20,654 nt of DNA from Haliangiales bacterium (GCA_046595695.1 JBKJOI010000221.1:1-20654); one strand, 5' to 3'; shown: positions 10,241 through 19,228, numbered from the stretch's first letter. Program-made: numbers and translations. The notes: generated from the letters alone by a model not told the origin.

Positions 10241-10346
10241 AGGCTAGGTTCACCCAGCCGCGCCGCTCCCACGCCTTCAAGATCTTGCTGATGCTCTGCC
10301 GCGAGGTCGCCAGGAGGCGCGCCAGCTCGCCTTGCGAGAAGGCCAA
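10239..10346 (-). pseudogene. Remnant of a Crp/Fnr-family transcription factor: only the C-terminal helix-turn-helix (~35 codons) is retained.
   Basis: Minus-strand ORF 10041..10346 begins MAFSQGELARLLATSRQSISKILKAWERRGWVNL, a canonical Crp/Fnr HTH (..ELAxLLGxSRxxxSRxLKxLExxGxI..). It then runs into low-GC non-protein-like sequence. There is no room for the ~150-aa cNMP-binding domain upstream, since the next gene stops at 10395. Confidence 0.4.
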
Positions 10347-10394
10347 TCCGGGTGCCGACGGACCATCATCCGGAGTGCCGAGTAGATGACGCTG

Positions 10395-11009
10395 CTAGCC
10401 CGGCGCGCTCGCGGCCGGGATCTCTCGGGTCGCCAGCGTCGCCTCGACCATGCGCTCGAAGAACACCTCGAGCGTCTCCTGCACCGCCGGTGACTCGAGG
10501 ATCCCCAGCACGCGGGCGATCGCCTCGAAGGTGGCGAGCCCGCCGTCCTTGGGCTCGCGACGCAGCCGGTAGCGCGTCGGCGGCCCCGGCGGCAGGGTCA
10601 CGCGCTCGGCCTCCTCGAGGCCCGGGATCCGGCGCAGCGCCTTGCTGGCCTGCCGCCAGCTGCCGTCGGGCACGATGAGCGTGATGGGCCGGTCGTCCGC
10701 CTGCACGAGCGCCCGGCTGAGCGGCTGCGCGTCGTCCGCGGGGTAGAGCACGAGGATCCGGCGCGCGCGGGTGTGCAGGTCGCGCAGATCCACGGGCTGG
10801 TCGCGGTGGCCGTGCACGCGCAGCTCGCTGTTGCTGAGCGTGCGCAGCGCGAGCGGCCCGGTCGCGGTGGGCTTCGCGACCTCGCGGCGGTGCATGACCA
10901 GCACGATCCGCGTGGCCAGCGCCAGGCGCGGCGCGTCCGCGCAGATGCACCGGTCGAGGTGCATCCGGCAGTGCTCGCAGCGCACCGCGCGCTTGGATCG
11001 CGTTCCCAT
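10395..11009 (-). CDS. DTW-domain protein (TapT/YfiP-like tRNA-uridine aminocarboxypropyltransferase family).
   Basis: 204 aa. N-terminal Cys cluster CEHCRMHLDRCICA (CxxC..CxC), then the conserved VPDGSWRQA (DG[S/T]W variant of the DTW motif). Clean single long ORF. Overlapping track ORFs 10366..10950 and 10598..11125 are Arg-rich alternate frames. Confidence 0.8.
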   Translation of the reverse strand: MGTRSKRAVRCEHCRMHLDRCICADAPRLALATRIVLVMHRREVAKPTATGPLALRTLSNSELRVHGHRDQPVDLRDLHTRARRILVLYPADDAQPLSRALVQADDRPITLIVPDGSWRQASKALRRIPGLEEAERVTLPPGPPTRYRLRREPKDGGLATFEAIARVLGILESPAVQETLEVFFERMVEATLATREIPAASAPG

Positions 11010-11294
11010 GGGCTCAAGCCCTTAGCGCGGAGACCCGCGCCGCACAAGCGCGGACACGCGCGCGCGGAGCGCATCGAGGTGGACGGAATACTCGCTCGCC
11101 ACCGCACGCGTGGCATCGGGATCATGGGAATCGTCCCAGCTGCGGCTTGGCCGGGCCTCGCCGACCTGCAGCGATCTGCTGCAAAGTTGTGAAACCTCTC
11201 GTAGAGTCCCCTTCGCGTTCAAGGCCATCGAGAGCGGGCTTGTCGATCTCGCTGGAGTCTTGTCGAAACGCCGAATTGATGGAGGCGGAGAACG

Positions 11295-11879
11295 ATGATC
11301 CGACGATTGTTCATGTTGCTGAGCGCCGTGGTGAAGCGAGGACGGACGATCCAGGACATGGTCGCCAAGACGTGGCCCTGGATGAACGTGGTGCCCGGGT
11401 TCGCGACGGCGGCTGCTGGAGCGAACGTGCCTGACGTGGCGGAGCCGGAGCGGGTGCCGCGCCAGCCGGTCGCGCCGGCCGCGCCGGCCGTGGCGGCGGC
11501 GCCGGTCGCGCCGCTCCTCGCACCTGACGTGCCGGCCACGGCACCGGTCGCCGCGCCCGCGCCGCAGAGCGCGGCGGCACCGCCGGCGATGCCTCCGCTG
11601 GGGGCCAAGGCCGCCGTCGACGGCAGCGTGTGGCTCTCGCGCATCCTGTGGGCGCTCGAGTACTCGCGACGTCACGAGCTGGGGCCGCAGAGCGCCTCGG
11701 ACATCGCGCGCGTGCTCGTCAATGCGGGCCTGAACGTCCCGAGCACCAACGTGGCCCGCGCCTTCCGCGTCCGCAAGGAGCAGCAGGACGCGCCGGAGTA
11801 CTGGAGCGAGAGCGGCGAGCAGCGCTACGCGATCACCGACGCCGGCCGTACGGCGCTCGCCGAGCAGCTCGGCACCTAG
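11295..11879 (+). CDS. Hypothetical protein with a Pro/Ala-rich linker and a ~95-aa C-terminal globular domain of unknown function.
   Basis: ATG 11295 preceded by GGAGG 9 nt upstream. Translation MIRRLFMLLSAVVKRGRTIQDMVAKTWPWMNV... (PAAPAVAAAPVAPLLAPDVPATAPVAAPAP) ...WLSRILWALEYSRRHELGPQSASDIARVLVNAGLNVPSTNVARAFRVRKEQQ... The opposite-strand ORF 11022..12035 is Arg-rich junk. Confidence 0.6.
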   Translation: MIRRLFMLLSAVVKRGRTIQDMVAKTWPWMNVVPGFATAAAGANVPDVAEPERVPRQPVAPAAPAVAAAPVAPLLAPDVPATAPVAAPAPQSAAAPPAMPPLGAKAAVDGSVWLSRILWALEYSRRHELGPQSASDIARVLVNAGLNVPSTNVARAFRVRKEQQDAPEYWSESGEQRYAITDAGRTALAEQLGT

Positions 11880-11977
11880 ATCACCGATCTTGATCCTCGA
11901 GAGGTCATCGCGCGCGAAGCTTGATCGCCGGGTTGCTTCTAGTAACCGACCTCGCCGAGAACCCAAAGAAGGGGGAG

Positions 11978-11993
11978 GCGGCAGATCTGCCGC
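11978..11993. terminator. Perfect 16-bp palindrome GCGGCAGATCTGCCGC between convergent genes (candidate bidirectional terminator hairpin).
   Basis: Read directly. Lies ~100 nt after the stop of 11295..11879 (+) and ~75 nt after the stop of the minus-strand gene ending at 12070. As RNA it gives a 6-bp GC stem with a GAUC loop, with no U-run. Confidence 0.35.
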
Positions 11994-12069
11994 GCTCAGC
12001 GACCTAGCGGCGAGGCCGGAGCGATCGAGGATCACGAACCGGTGGTTTTAGATCCCGCCCCGGGCGACG

Positions 12070-12971
12070 TCAGAAGCAGAGGCGGCCGTAGAACTCGGGC
12101 CAGTCGCCGGTGACGTGGCAGGCGATGCTGCCGTCGGCGTAGACCGCGATCATGCGCACGCCCACGTCGCTCGCGAGCGCCGTGCAGCTGAAGTTGCCCG
12201 CGTCGGCGAGCGGCACGGCCGGCGAGCGCCACTCGTCGTCGCCGGTCGTCTGATCCAGGCGGACGAAATCGAGCGCGATTTCCCTCTGCACGGCAGCCCG
12301 GCGCAGCTGCACCTCGGTGTAGAGCGGCGCGCCCCGGGCGAAGCCGGTGAGCTGCAGCATGCTGGCCTCGCGCTCACACGTCCACGCCACGCCGTCGACG
12401 TGCTGCCCGGTCGTGCCGGTCAGCTCGGGCCGGCAGTAGCGTGCGCCGGCCACGCCGCCGACGTCGTAGGTCACGCACGCCGCCGCGTCGCGCCGGTCGG
12501 TGTCGAGGCTCAGCTCGTCCACGCCGGCGAGCGTGATCACGCCGGCCAGCCGCCCCGAGGTCGACCTCACCGTCGCCTCGAGGTCGAAGCGGCCGACACC
12601 GACGAGCGGGCGTCCACCGCCAGCCGCACGCGCTCGGCGCCGCCGATGGTGAGCCCATTGTGGATGGTCAGCCGACCGAGCAGACCCGGCGTGAAGCGCA
12701 GGACGCCGTCGATCGACAGCGGCGCCTCGGGGCGGTCGGCGTGCAGCTCGTCGAAGCGAAGCTCCTCGGGCCGGCCGGCGTCGACGGTGGCGCCGACGAG
12801 GGAGGTGCGCGGCGAGTTCTGCGCCGACAGTCGCCCCGACCAGCTCACGCCGGTGACCGCGCCCTGGCAACCTTGTACGCCAGCACAAGAATGGCTGACG
12901 AGATGACGAATGAGTGAGTTGCCATTCAGTGAATCGCCATTCACGGCGCAGAGCGTCATTATGAGCCGCAT
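12070..12971 (-). pseudogene. Frameshifted gene for a hypothetical (probably beta-rich) protein. The two protein-like halves lie in different frames and switch near 12,590-12,620.
   Basis: Track ORF 12567..13526(-) is protein-like only from M186 (coordinate ~12971) onward (MRLIMTLCAVNG...SIDGVLRFTPGLLGRLTIHNGLTIGGAERVRLAVDA). Track ORF 12070..12996(-) is Arg-junk until ~12615 and then protein-like to its stop (GRFDLEATVRSTSGRLAGVITLAGVDELS...VRMIAVYADGSIACHVTGDWPEFYGRLCF). The good segments abut with a -1 phase change, consistent with a 1-nt deletion. A CCC run is nearby. Confidence 0.4.
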
Positions 12972-13052
12972 TTTGGAGGCATCCTGTCCTTGCCACGACA
13001 GAGGTCGGCGCATAGCATCACGTCGATTGTTTCGTCCGATGGAGGCTTGAGC

Positions 13053-13310
13053 ATGGGAATCCAGATCACGACGGTCGAAGTCTTCGAGCTCGCGATGGTC
13101 CTGCCCGCTGCCGAGCGCGCGCAGCTCGCGACGCAGCTGCTGCTCAGCCTCGAGGATGTGCCCGGCAGCGAGCGCAGCTCGGCCGAGCAGATCGTCGAGC
13201 GCTTCAAGGCGCTCGACGAGCGCTTCGCGGTGGCGGTCGCGCACGAGCTCGAGCGGCGGCATCAGGGCGACGACGAGGACGAGCCCATCGGCTCCGCCCG
13301 TCTGGCCTGA
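13053..13310 (+). CDS. Small acidic helical protein resembling the 'putative addiction module component' family (TIGR02574-like antitoxin). Assignment from motif recall only.
   Basis: 85 aa from ATG ~13053 (track ORF 12990..13310 starts at an upstream TTG). MGIQITTVEVFELAMVLPAAERAQLATQLLLSLEDVPGSE..ELERRHQGDDEDEP matches the LpxxeRaeLaxxLlxSLd pattern of that family. Stop TGA at 13308-13310. Confidence 0.45.
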   Translation: MGIQITTVEVFELAMVLPAAERAQLATQLLLSLEDVPGSERSSAEQIVERFKALDERFAVAVAHELERRHQGDDEDEPIGSARLA

Positions 13311-13439
13311 TTCAATCAGCTCCGTGGCGCGAATCCTCCGGCGCTGAATCCGCGCCGGTTCCTGCGAGGAGAATATAGGGTCGGCCTGCGCGACTTCGCC
13401 GCCAACGGCTTCTCCGCGGCCAGCTACACCGATGCGTGG

Positions 13440-13913
13440 GTGAAGCTCAAGATCGGGCCGCTGCCGTTCGCCTTCCCCAACAGCTCGTCGCGCAAGGCGG
13501 CCGTGCCGCTCCACGACCTGCACCACGTCGCGACCGGCTACCGCACCACCTGGACCGGCGAGGGCGAGATCGGCGCCTGGGAGGTCGGCGCGGGCTGCGG
13601 CCGCTACTGGGCGGCGTGGTACCTCGACCTGACCGCGTTCGGCCTCGGCATGTGGATCTCGCCGCGCAGGATGTTCCGCGCGTTCGTGCGCGGCCGACGA
13701 TCGCGGAGCCTGTACGACCGCGCCATGGGCGAGGATCTGCTCGCGCTCCGCGTCGGCGAGCTGCGCGAGCGCCTGCCCGACGCCGACGCCGACGCGCGCC
13801 CGGCCAGCTTCGCAGAGACCGCCGCGTTCGTGGCGTGGGTCGGCGCCATGTTCGTCGACTCGGCGACGATGCTGGCGCCGCTGGCGCTGATCGGGTGGTG
13901 GATCTGGGCGTAG
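13440..13913 (+). CDS. Coq4-family-like protein (HDxxH-X11-E zinc-motif domain), apparently lacking the N-terminal third of the domain.
   Basis: Track ORF (GTG start). ..AAVPLHDLHHVATGYRTTWTGEGEIGAWEV.. aligns with the COQ4 signature HDxLHxLxGxxTxxxGEIxVKWFE. The in-frame region just upstream (13311-13439: ..PRRFLRGEYRVGLRDF..) aligns with the COQ4 segment PEGSLGREYLRFL. It is closed by the TGA of the preceding ORF, which is in the same frame. Confidence 0.5.
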   Translation: MKLKIGPLPFAFPNSSSRKAAVPLHDLHHVATGYRTTWTGEGEIGAWEVGAGCGRYWAAWYLDLTAFGLGMWISPRRMFRAFVRGRRSRSLYDRAMGEDLLALRVGELRERLPDADADARPASFAETAAFVAWVGAMFVDSATMLAPLALIGWWIWA

Positions 13914-13951
13914 GCGCGCGTGGCACGCGACATGCGGCGAGGGCCGATGTC

Positions 13952-13975
13952 GGATTTGGATTTGGATTTGGATTT
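13952..13975. repeat. Hexanucleotide microsatellite (GGATTT)4.
   Basis: Read directly (cggatttggatttggatttggatttggag) in the 80-nt gap between convergent stops (13913 + / 13993 -). Preceded by the short inverted repeat CGCGTG-g-CACGCG. Confidence 0.8.
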
Positions 13976-13992
13976 GGAGCGGGAGCGTGGGG

Positions 13993-15900
13993 CTACTTCT
14001 GCGGGAGCGCGGGCAGGCCGGCGAGCATCATGGCCTTCCCGTCGGGCGCGCCGGCCAGGAGACGGGCCATGAGCACCTCGGCGAGGCCGCTACCGGCCGC
14101 ACCGCCCAGGCCTCCTCCGCCCGTGGTGACCGCGATGTCGGGCACGAGCTTCACGTGGTGCTCGGCGAGCGTGACCGCGAGCTGGATGGCGGTGTACGCG
14201 CCCTCACCCAGCGCCGTGACACCGTCGCGGTAGGCCTGCGCCTTGGCGGCGCCGATCTCGCGCGCGGCGTGCGCATCGGCATCGGCGTGCAGTCGCGTCG
14301 AGTCCGAGTCGGCCTGCGCGCGCACCCGCGTCGCGGCCGCCTCGGCGTCGGCACGCAGGCGCAGCGCGCTCGCCTCGCCCTTGGCGGCCTCGGCCACCGA
14401 CATCGCGGTGCGCTCGGTGATGCGCACCTGCTGCTCGGAGCGCACAACCTCGGCCTGCATGTTGGCGATCGCGGTCTCACGCTCGAGGTCCTGGCGCTTG
14501 GTCTGCGCCTCGCGCTGCGCCTCGAAGGTGCGGCGCATCTCGTCGGCGATCTTGCGGTCGGTCTGCGTCTTCATGAGCTCCGCCGGCGGCACGATGTCGC
14601 CGATGAGCGTGTCGATGCACTCGACGTCGTACGCCTCCACCGCGCCGCGGATGTTCTGGAACGCCTGCGACTGGCGCTCGCTGCGCGCCGACAGGAACTC
14701 GAGCACGCTCACCTCCTGGGCCGAGTTGCGGAAGTAGTTGGCCACGGTCGGCTGCAGCACGTGGTCGACCAGGTTCTGCATGGAGCCCACGCGCGAGATC
14801 ACGCGCGGCGCGTTCTTCATGCCGATGTGGATGATCTGCGACACATCGAGCGAGAACGCGAAGCCGTCCTTCGAGCGCACCGTGATGGGCGACAGGCGCT
14901 GGTCGTACTGGTGCGCCTCGGTGCGCGTCGCCCAGTTCAGCACGATGTTGGTCGTGGGCACGAGCTCCACCTTCATGACGCGCGTGTTGATCGGGTGCTT
15001 GCCGGGCAGGAGCGGCTCGACCCACACGCCCTTGTGGCCGCGCGCCACCAGGTCGCCGTGGGTGAAGTCGTCGCCCGACAGGTCGGCGTGCTCACGGCCG
15101 ACGTAGCTCACCACCACGCCCACGTAGCCGATGGGGATCTCGGTCATCGGGATCAGCTCCAGGTTCACGAACCACGGGTTCAGGTTCCACGAGCCGGCGA
15201 GCAGGACCTCCTCTTGCAGACCACGCCGGCCGCCCGCGTCGACGAAGCGCTGGCCGCTCTGGAAGCCGTCGTGGCCGGCGATCATCGGGCCGGCCAGGTC
15301 ACCGATCGCGATGGGCGTGCCGTCGAGGGCGGTCACGATGCCGAGCTTGTCGGTCGGCACGTAGCGGACCGCCAGATCGGCCTCGCTGAGGCCCATCTCG
15401 GTGAGGCCGAGCTCCGACGCGCCGCGCGCGGTCACCACGCGGAACACGGCCGGGTTGATCCGGTACGAGCCCGCGCGCAGGTAGCCCAGCTGCCGGCCAC
15501 GCTCACCGCCGTTGCGCAGGAACGCGTCGGCGTCCTGGAAGTGGTCGCAGACCACCTCGTGCGCGAGGATGCGCTCGGTCGGGATGGCGACGCCGTCCGC
15601 GGCGACGACCAGCGCGATCTCGCCGGGCGGCACGATCACGAGCGCCACGCGCTCGACGCGGTACTGCCAGCGCCAGTAGCCGAAGTGCCAGCCGGGCGGC
15701 AGGAGCCGCGCCTGGAAGCCGGCCTCGCCGTCGATCGCGATCAGCCGACCGGGCGGCAGATCGCGCCCGAACAGCTTGATCACCAGCCCCGATTGGTTCT
15801 CGGCGATGACGTTGGTGCCGAGCCACATGAGGGCGCCCACGACGGCCAGCGCGCCCAGGACGCTGCTGACGAGAAGATGCGAATGAACCCAGTCGAGCAT
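13993..15900 (-). CDS. Flotillin-like SPFH/band-7 family membrane protein (YqiK/FloT-like).
   Basis: Track ORF 13993..15969. ATG 15900 (MLDWVHSHLLVSSVLGALAVVGALMWLG, an N-terminal TM helix) has AAGGAGG 9 nt upstream. Long SPFH-like body, then a flotillin-type Ala/Glu/Arg-rich coiled coil (RKIADEMRRTFEAQREAQTKRQDLERETAIANMQAEVVRSEQQV...). The opposite-strand ORF 13987..15918 is Arg/Gly-rich junk. Confidence 0.8.
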   Translation of the reverse strand: MLDWVHSHLLVSSVLGALAVVGALMWLGTNVIAENQSGLVIKLFGRDLPPGRLIAIDGEAGFQARLLPPGWHFGYWRWQYRVERVALVIVPPGEIALVVAADGVAIPTERILAHEVVCDHFQDADAFLRNGGERGRQLGYLRAGSYRINPAVFRVVTARGASELGLTEMGLSEADLAVRYVPTDKLGIVTALDGTPIAIGDLAGPMIAGHDGFQSGQRFVDAGGRRGLQEEVLLAGSWNLNPWFVNLELIPMTEIPIGYVGVVVSYVGREHADLSGDDFTHGDLVARGHKGVWVEPLLPGKHPINTRVMKVELVPTTNIVLNWATRTEAHQYDQRLSPITVRSKDGFAFSLDVSQIIHIGMKNAPRVISRVGSMQNLVDHVLQPTVANYFRNSAQEVSVLEFLSARSERQSQAFQNIRGAVEAYDVECIDTLIGDIVPPAELMKTQTDRKIADEMRRTFEAQREAQTKRQDLERETAIANMQAEVVRSEQQVRITERTAMSVAEAAKGEASALRLRADAEAAATRVRAQADSDSTRLHADADAHAAREIGAAKAQAYRDGVTALGEGAYTAIQLAVTLAEHHVKLVPDIAVTTGGGGLGGAAGSGLAEVLMARLLAGAPDGKAMMLAGLPALPQK

Positions 15901-15930
15901 TGGAAGATGCCTCCTTGAGCTCTGCCTTAG

Positions 15931-15946
15931 TGCACGAGATCGGCCA
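15931..15946 (-). promoter_or_regulatory. Candidate sigma-54 (-24/-12) promoter for the flotillin-like gene: TGGCcgatctcgTGCA (GG-N10-GC).
   Basis: Minus-strand sequence ccgcTGGCCGATCTCGTGCActaagg. The -24 TGGC and -12 TGCA have the correct GG-N10-GC spacing. The -12 element ends ~30 nt before ATG 15900, leaving a ~18-nt leader that contains the SD. The divergent neighbour is a sigma-54 activator. Upstream lies a CTGCA-N11-TGCAG inverted repeat (~15993-16013), a possible activator site. Confidence 0.4.
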
Positions 15947-16039
15947 GCGGCCGAAGTGCGCGAGAGCATTCACGAACCGGCAGCTCGCGCGGCTGCATAG
16001 TGGCGTATTGCAGTGCGGATTCGGTGTTAGGATACGTAT

Positions 16040-17512
<1,473 letters not shown>

Positions 17513-17539
17513 CGACGGCGCGAACGCCGCGCGAGCGAG

Positions 17540-17812
17540 CTAGTTTTCGGTGCGCAGGCCGAGGACCGAGACGGTCTGCGCCTGGGGATCGACCTTGTAG
17601 TCCATGCGGACGTTCTCGGCGACGTAGAAGCGCAGCGGATTGCCCATCTGCGGGGCTTCAGGGACCTTGGCGGCGGCGTCCGCGACGGTCTGCAGGCGTG
17701 CGCGCATCGCCACGCCGACGGAATCTCGGCACTTGTCGAGGCGCTCCTCGAGCTCGGTGGGGATGTGGATGGTGAATTCGCTCGAGGCGACGGCGGGTGC
17801 TTTGCGAACCAT
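17540..17812 (-). CDS. Small ribbon-helix-helix (CopG/Arc-like) domain protein, possibly an orphan antitoxin-type DNA-binding protein.
   Basis: 90 aa. MVRKAPAVASSEFTIHIPTELEERLDKCRDSVGVAMRARL fits the RHH beta-strand plus two-helix pattern (xFTIxIPxELxExLDxxA). GGAG 6 nt upstream of ATG 17812. The C-terminal YKVDPQAQTVSVLGLR weakly resembles a RelE/ParE C-terminal strand. Confidence 0.45.
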   Translation of the reverse strand: MVRKAPAVASSEFTIHIPTELEERLDKCRDSVGVAMRARLQTVADAAAKVPEAPQMGNPLRFYVAENVRMDYKVDPQAQTVSVLGLRTEN

Positions 17813-17880
17813 CTAGACTCCAGTCGTTAGGGGGGAACTGCGGTGTATAGCCCGGCCGCGACCAGTAAGCACGGGCCAGT

Positions 17881-17894
17881 CGCAAGATCTTGCG
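17881..17894. repeat. Perfect 14-bp palindrome CGCAAGATCTTGCG (AGATCT-centred, like the palindrome at 11978).
   Basis: Read directly. Lies between the M23 peptidase stop (17921) and the RHH gene start (17812). Candidate terminator or binding site. Confidence 0.5.
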
Positions 17895-17920
17895 GTTTGG
17901 GGGCTATGGGCACCAGCTAG

Positions 17921-19036
17921 CTAGTCTCGGGGTGTGCGGAACTGGATCGCAGCGCGCCCGCTGGCCGCCAGGCGGGGCTCGATGGAGTCGACCGTGACGA
18001 GCTGCCAGCGGCGGAGGTAGGGCTCGGGGTCGACGAAGCGCTCGTGGCCACGTTGCCGTACCGACAGGCCGAAATGTAGGTGGGGCCCGGAGTGGCGCAC
18101 CCCGGTTCGCCCCAGCCGACCGATCTGCTGGCCGCCGCGCACGGTGGCGCCGGGCACGAGGTCGGCGGCGACGCTGTCGAGGTGGATGTAGCGCGAGCGC
18201 ACGGTGGCCTCGCGGTGGGAGAGGACCACGAAGATTCCCGAGATCGGGTCGGCGTCGGGGTTGCGCTGGATCCTGTCGACGACTCCATCGAAGACGGCGA
18301 ACACCGGCTCGCCCAGCGTGGCGCCGATGTCGACGCCGCAGTGGCCGAGCTCGCACTCCTGCGGGCGCGGCTGCGGCCGTCTGGCGCCGAAGCGCCGGCA
18401 CGCGTAGCCCGGCAGGGCGCGCTCGGGGCCGGCCAGCGGGTGGAACCAGACCGCGACCACCGGCGGCGGAGCGGGCGGGGCCTCGAAGCTCGCGGGCAGG
18501 GGCCCCGGCGGCCCGCGCGGCGCGAGCGTCCCCGGCGCGAGCTCGGGGGGCGGATCGAAGCTCTCCAGGTACAGCGCCGCGAAGCCCACGCACGCGCGCA
18601 GCTTGCGCGCCACGGCGCCGTTCCGCTCGCCGACGAACCAGTCGCCGTGGCGGCGCAGCGAGCGGCCGACGTCGTCGGCGAAGCCGAGGACGAGCGCGCA
18701 CACGATGGCGAGGTTGCCCAGCGCCAGGAACAGGCCGGGGCTCGGCGGCGCGCCCTTGCGGCCGCGTTCGCGCAGGAACGCGGCGGCTCGCCAGCGCGTC
18801 AGCAGCGGCAGGCCGATGCAGACCGCCGCAGCGACGAGGACTCGTCCAGACTCCCGCTCGATCGTTCCCGCGGTGAGCGCGGTGACGACGACGAACGCGG
18901 CGGCGAGTGGTAGCCCCATGACGAGCGCTCGCAGGACGAGTACGAAGGTCACGAGCCAGCCCAGCATGGCAGGTGCAAACGCGCTTCTATTGGTTTCGGC
19001 CTTTGCGACACTCTCGCCGGCCGGGAGCTGCGCCAT
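17921..19036 (-). CDS. Membrane-anchored M23 (LytM-type) peptidoglycan endopeptidase family protein.
   Basis: N-terminal hydrophobic helices (MLGWLVTFVLVLRALVMGLPLAAAFVVVTAL.., LFLALGNLAIVCALVLGF). C-terminal M23 motifs HCGVDIG (HxxxD), ..YIHLDSV.., GPHLHFGL (HxH). The start could instead be ATG 18967. No strong SD for either. Confidence 0.75.
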   Translation of the reverse strand: MAQLPAGESVAKAETNRSAFAPAMLGWLVTFVLVLRALVMGLPLAAAFVVVTALTAGTIERESGRVLVAAAVCIGLPLLTRWRAAAFLRERGRKGAPPSPGLFLALGNLAIVCALVLGFADDVGRSLRRHGDWFVGERNGAVARKLRACVGFAALYLESFDPPPELAPGTLAPRGPPGPLPASFEAPPAPPPVVAVWFHPLAGPERALPGYACRRFGARRPQPRPQECELGHCGVDIGATLGEPVFAVFDGVVDRIQRNPDADPISGIFVVLSHREATVRSRYIHLDSVAADLVPGATVRGGQQIGRLGRTGVRHSGPHLHFGLSVRQRGHERFVDPEPYLRRWQLVTVDSIEPRLAASGRAAIQFRTPRD

Positions 19037-19074
19037 CGCCGGCTACAACGGTCTGACCTCAGAATCCAGTCAGG

Positions 19075-19158
19075 TGCTCGATATTGCAGGGGTGTTCGAA
19101 TCGATAGCACTCGGGAGAATCGCGGCGTGCTCGATATCCCGCCCTGACCTGCTCGATA
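19075..19158. repeat. Three direct copies of GCTCGATA (19075-19082, 19129-19136, 19151-19158) in the leader/promoter region of the cold-shock gene.
   Basis: Read directly (gtGCTCGATAttgc / gtGCTCGATAtccc / ctGCTCGATAccct). Confidence 0.5.
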
Positions 19159-19228
19159 CCCTGCTAGTGTGCGCAAAGGTGGCGCGTTGCTACCGATACG
19201 TTCGCAGGTAAGGCAAGGGGAAATTCAG

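Noticed and set aside
10366-11125. Alternate-frame ORFs 10366..10950 and 10598..11125 (-), and 17904..18701 (-) / 18080..18913 (+) over the M23 gene
   Set aside because: Same-locus alternative frames with Arg/Pro/Ala junk composition. The DTW and M23 frames carry the recognisable motifs.
12959-13207. ORF 12959..13207 (-) and the N-terminal 185 codons of ORF 12567..13526 (-)
   Set aside because: Antisense to the antitoxin-like gene and Arg/Ser-rich. Only the portion from ~12971 downward looks coding.
13921-13936. Sigma-54-like TGGCACG-N4-ATGCG on the plus strand
   Set aside because: The -12 element is poor, it points antisense into the flotillin gene, and it is part of the CGCGTG/CACGCG dyad. 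Probably coincidental.
19085-19115. TTCGAATCGATA, resembling a tRNA T-loop (GTTCGAATC)
   Set aside because: Flanking bases cannot form a T-stem (gggtg vs cgata). No acceptor or anticodon arms were found. Not a tRNA.
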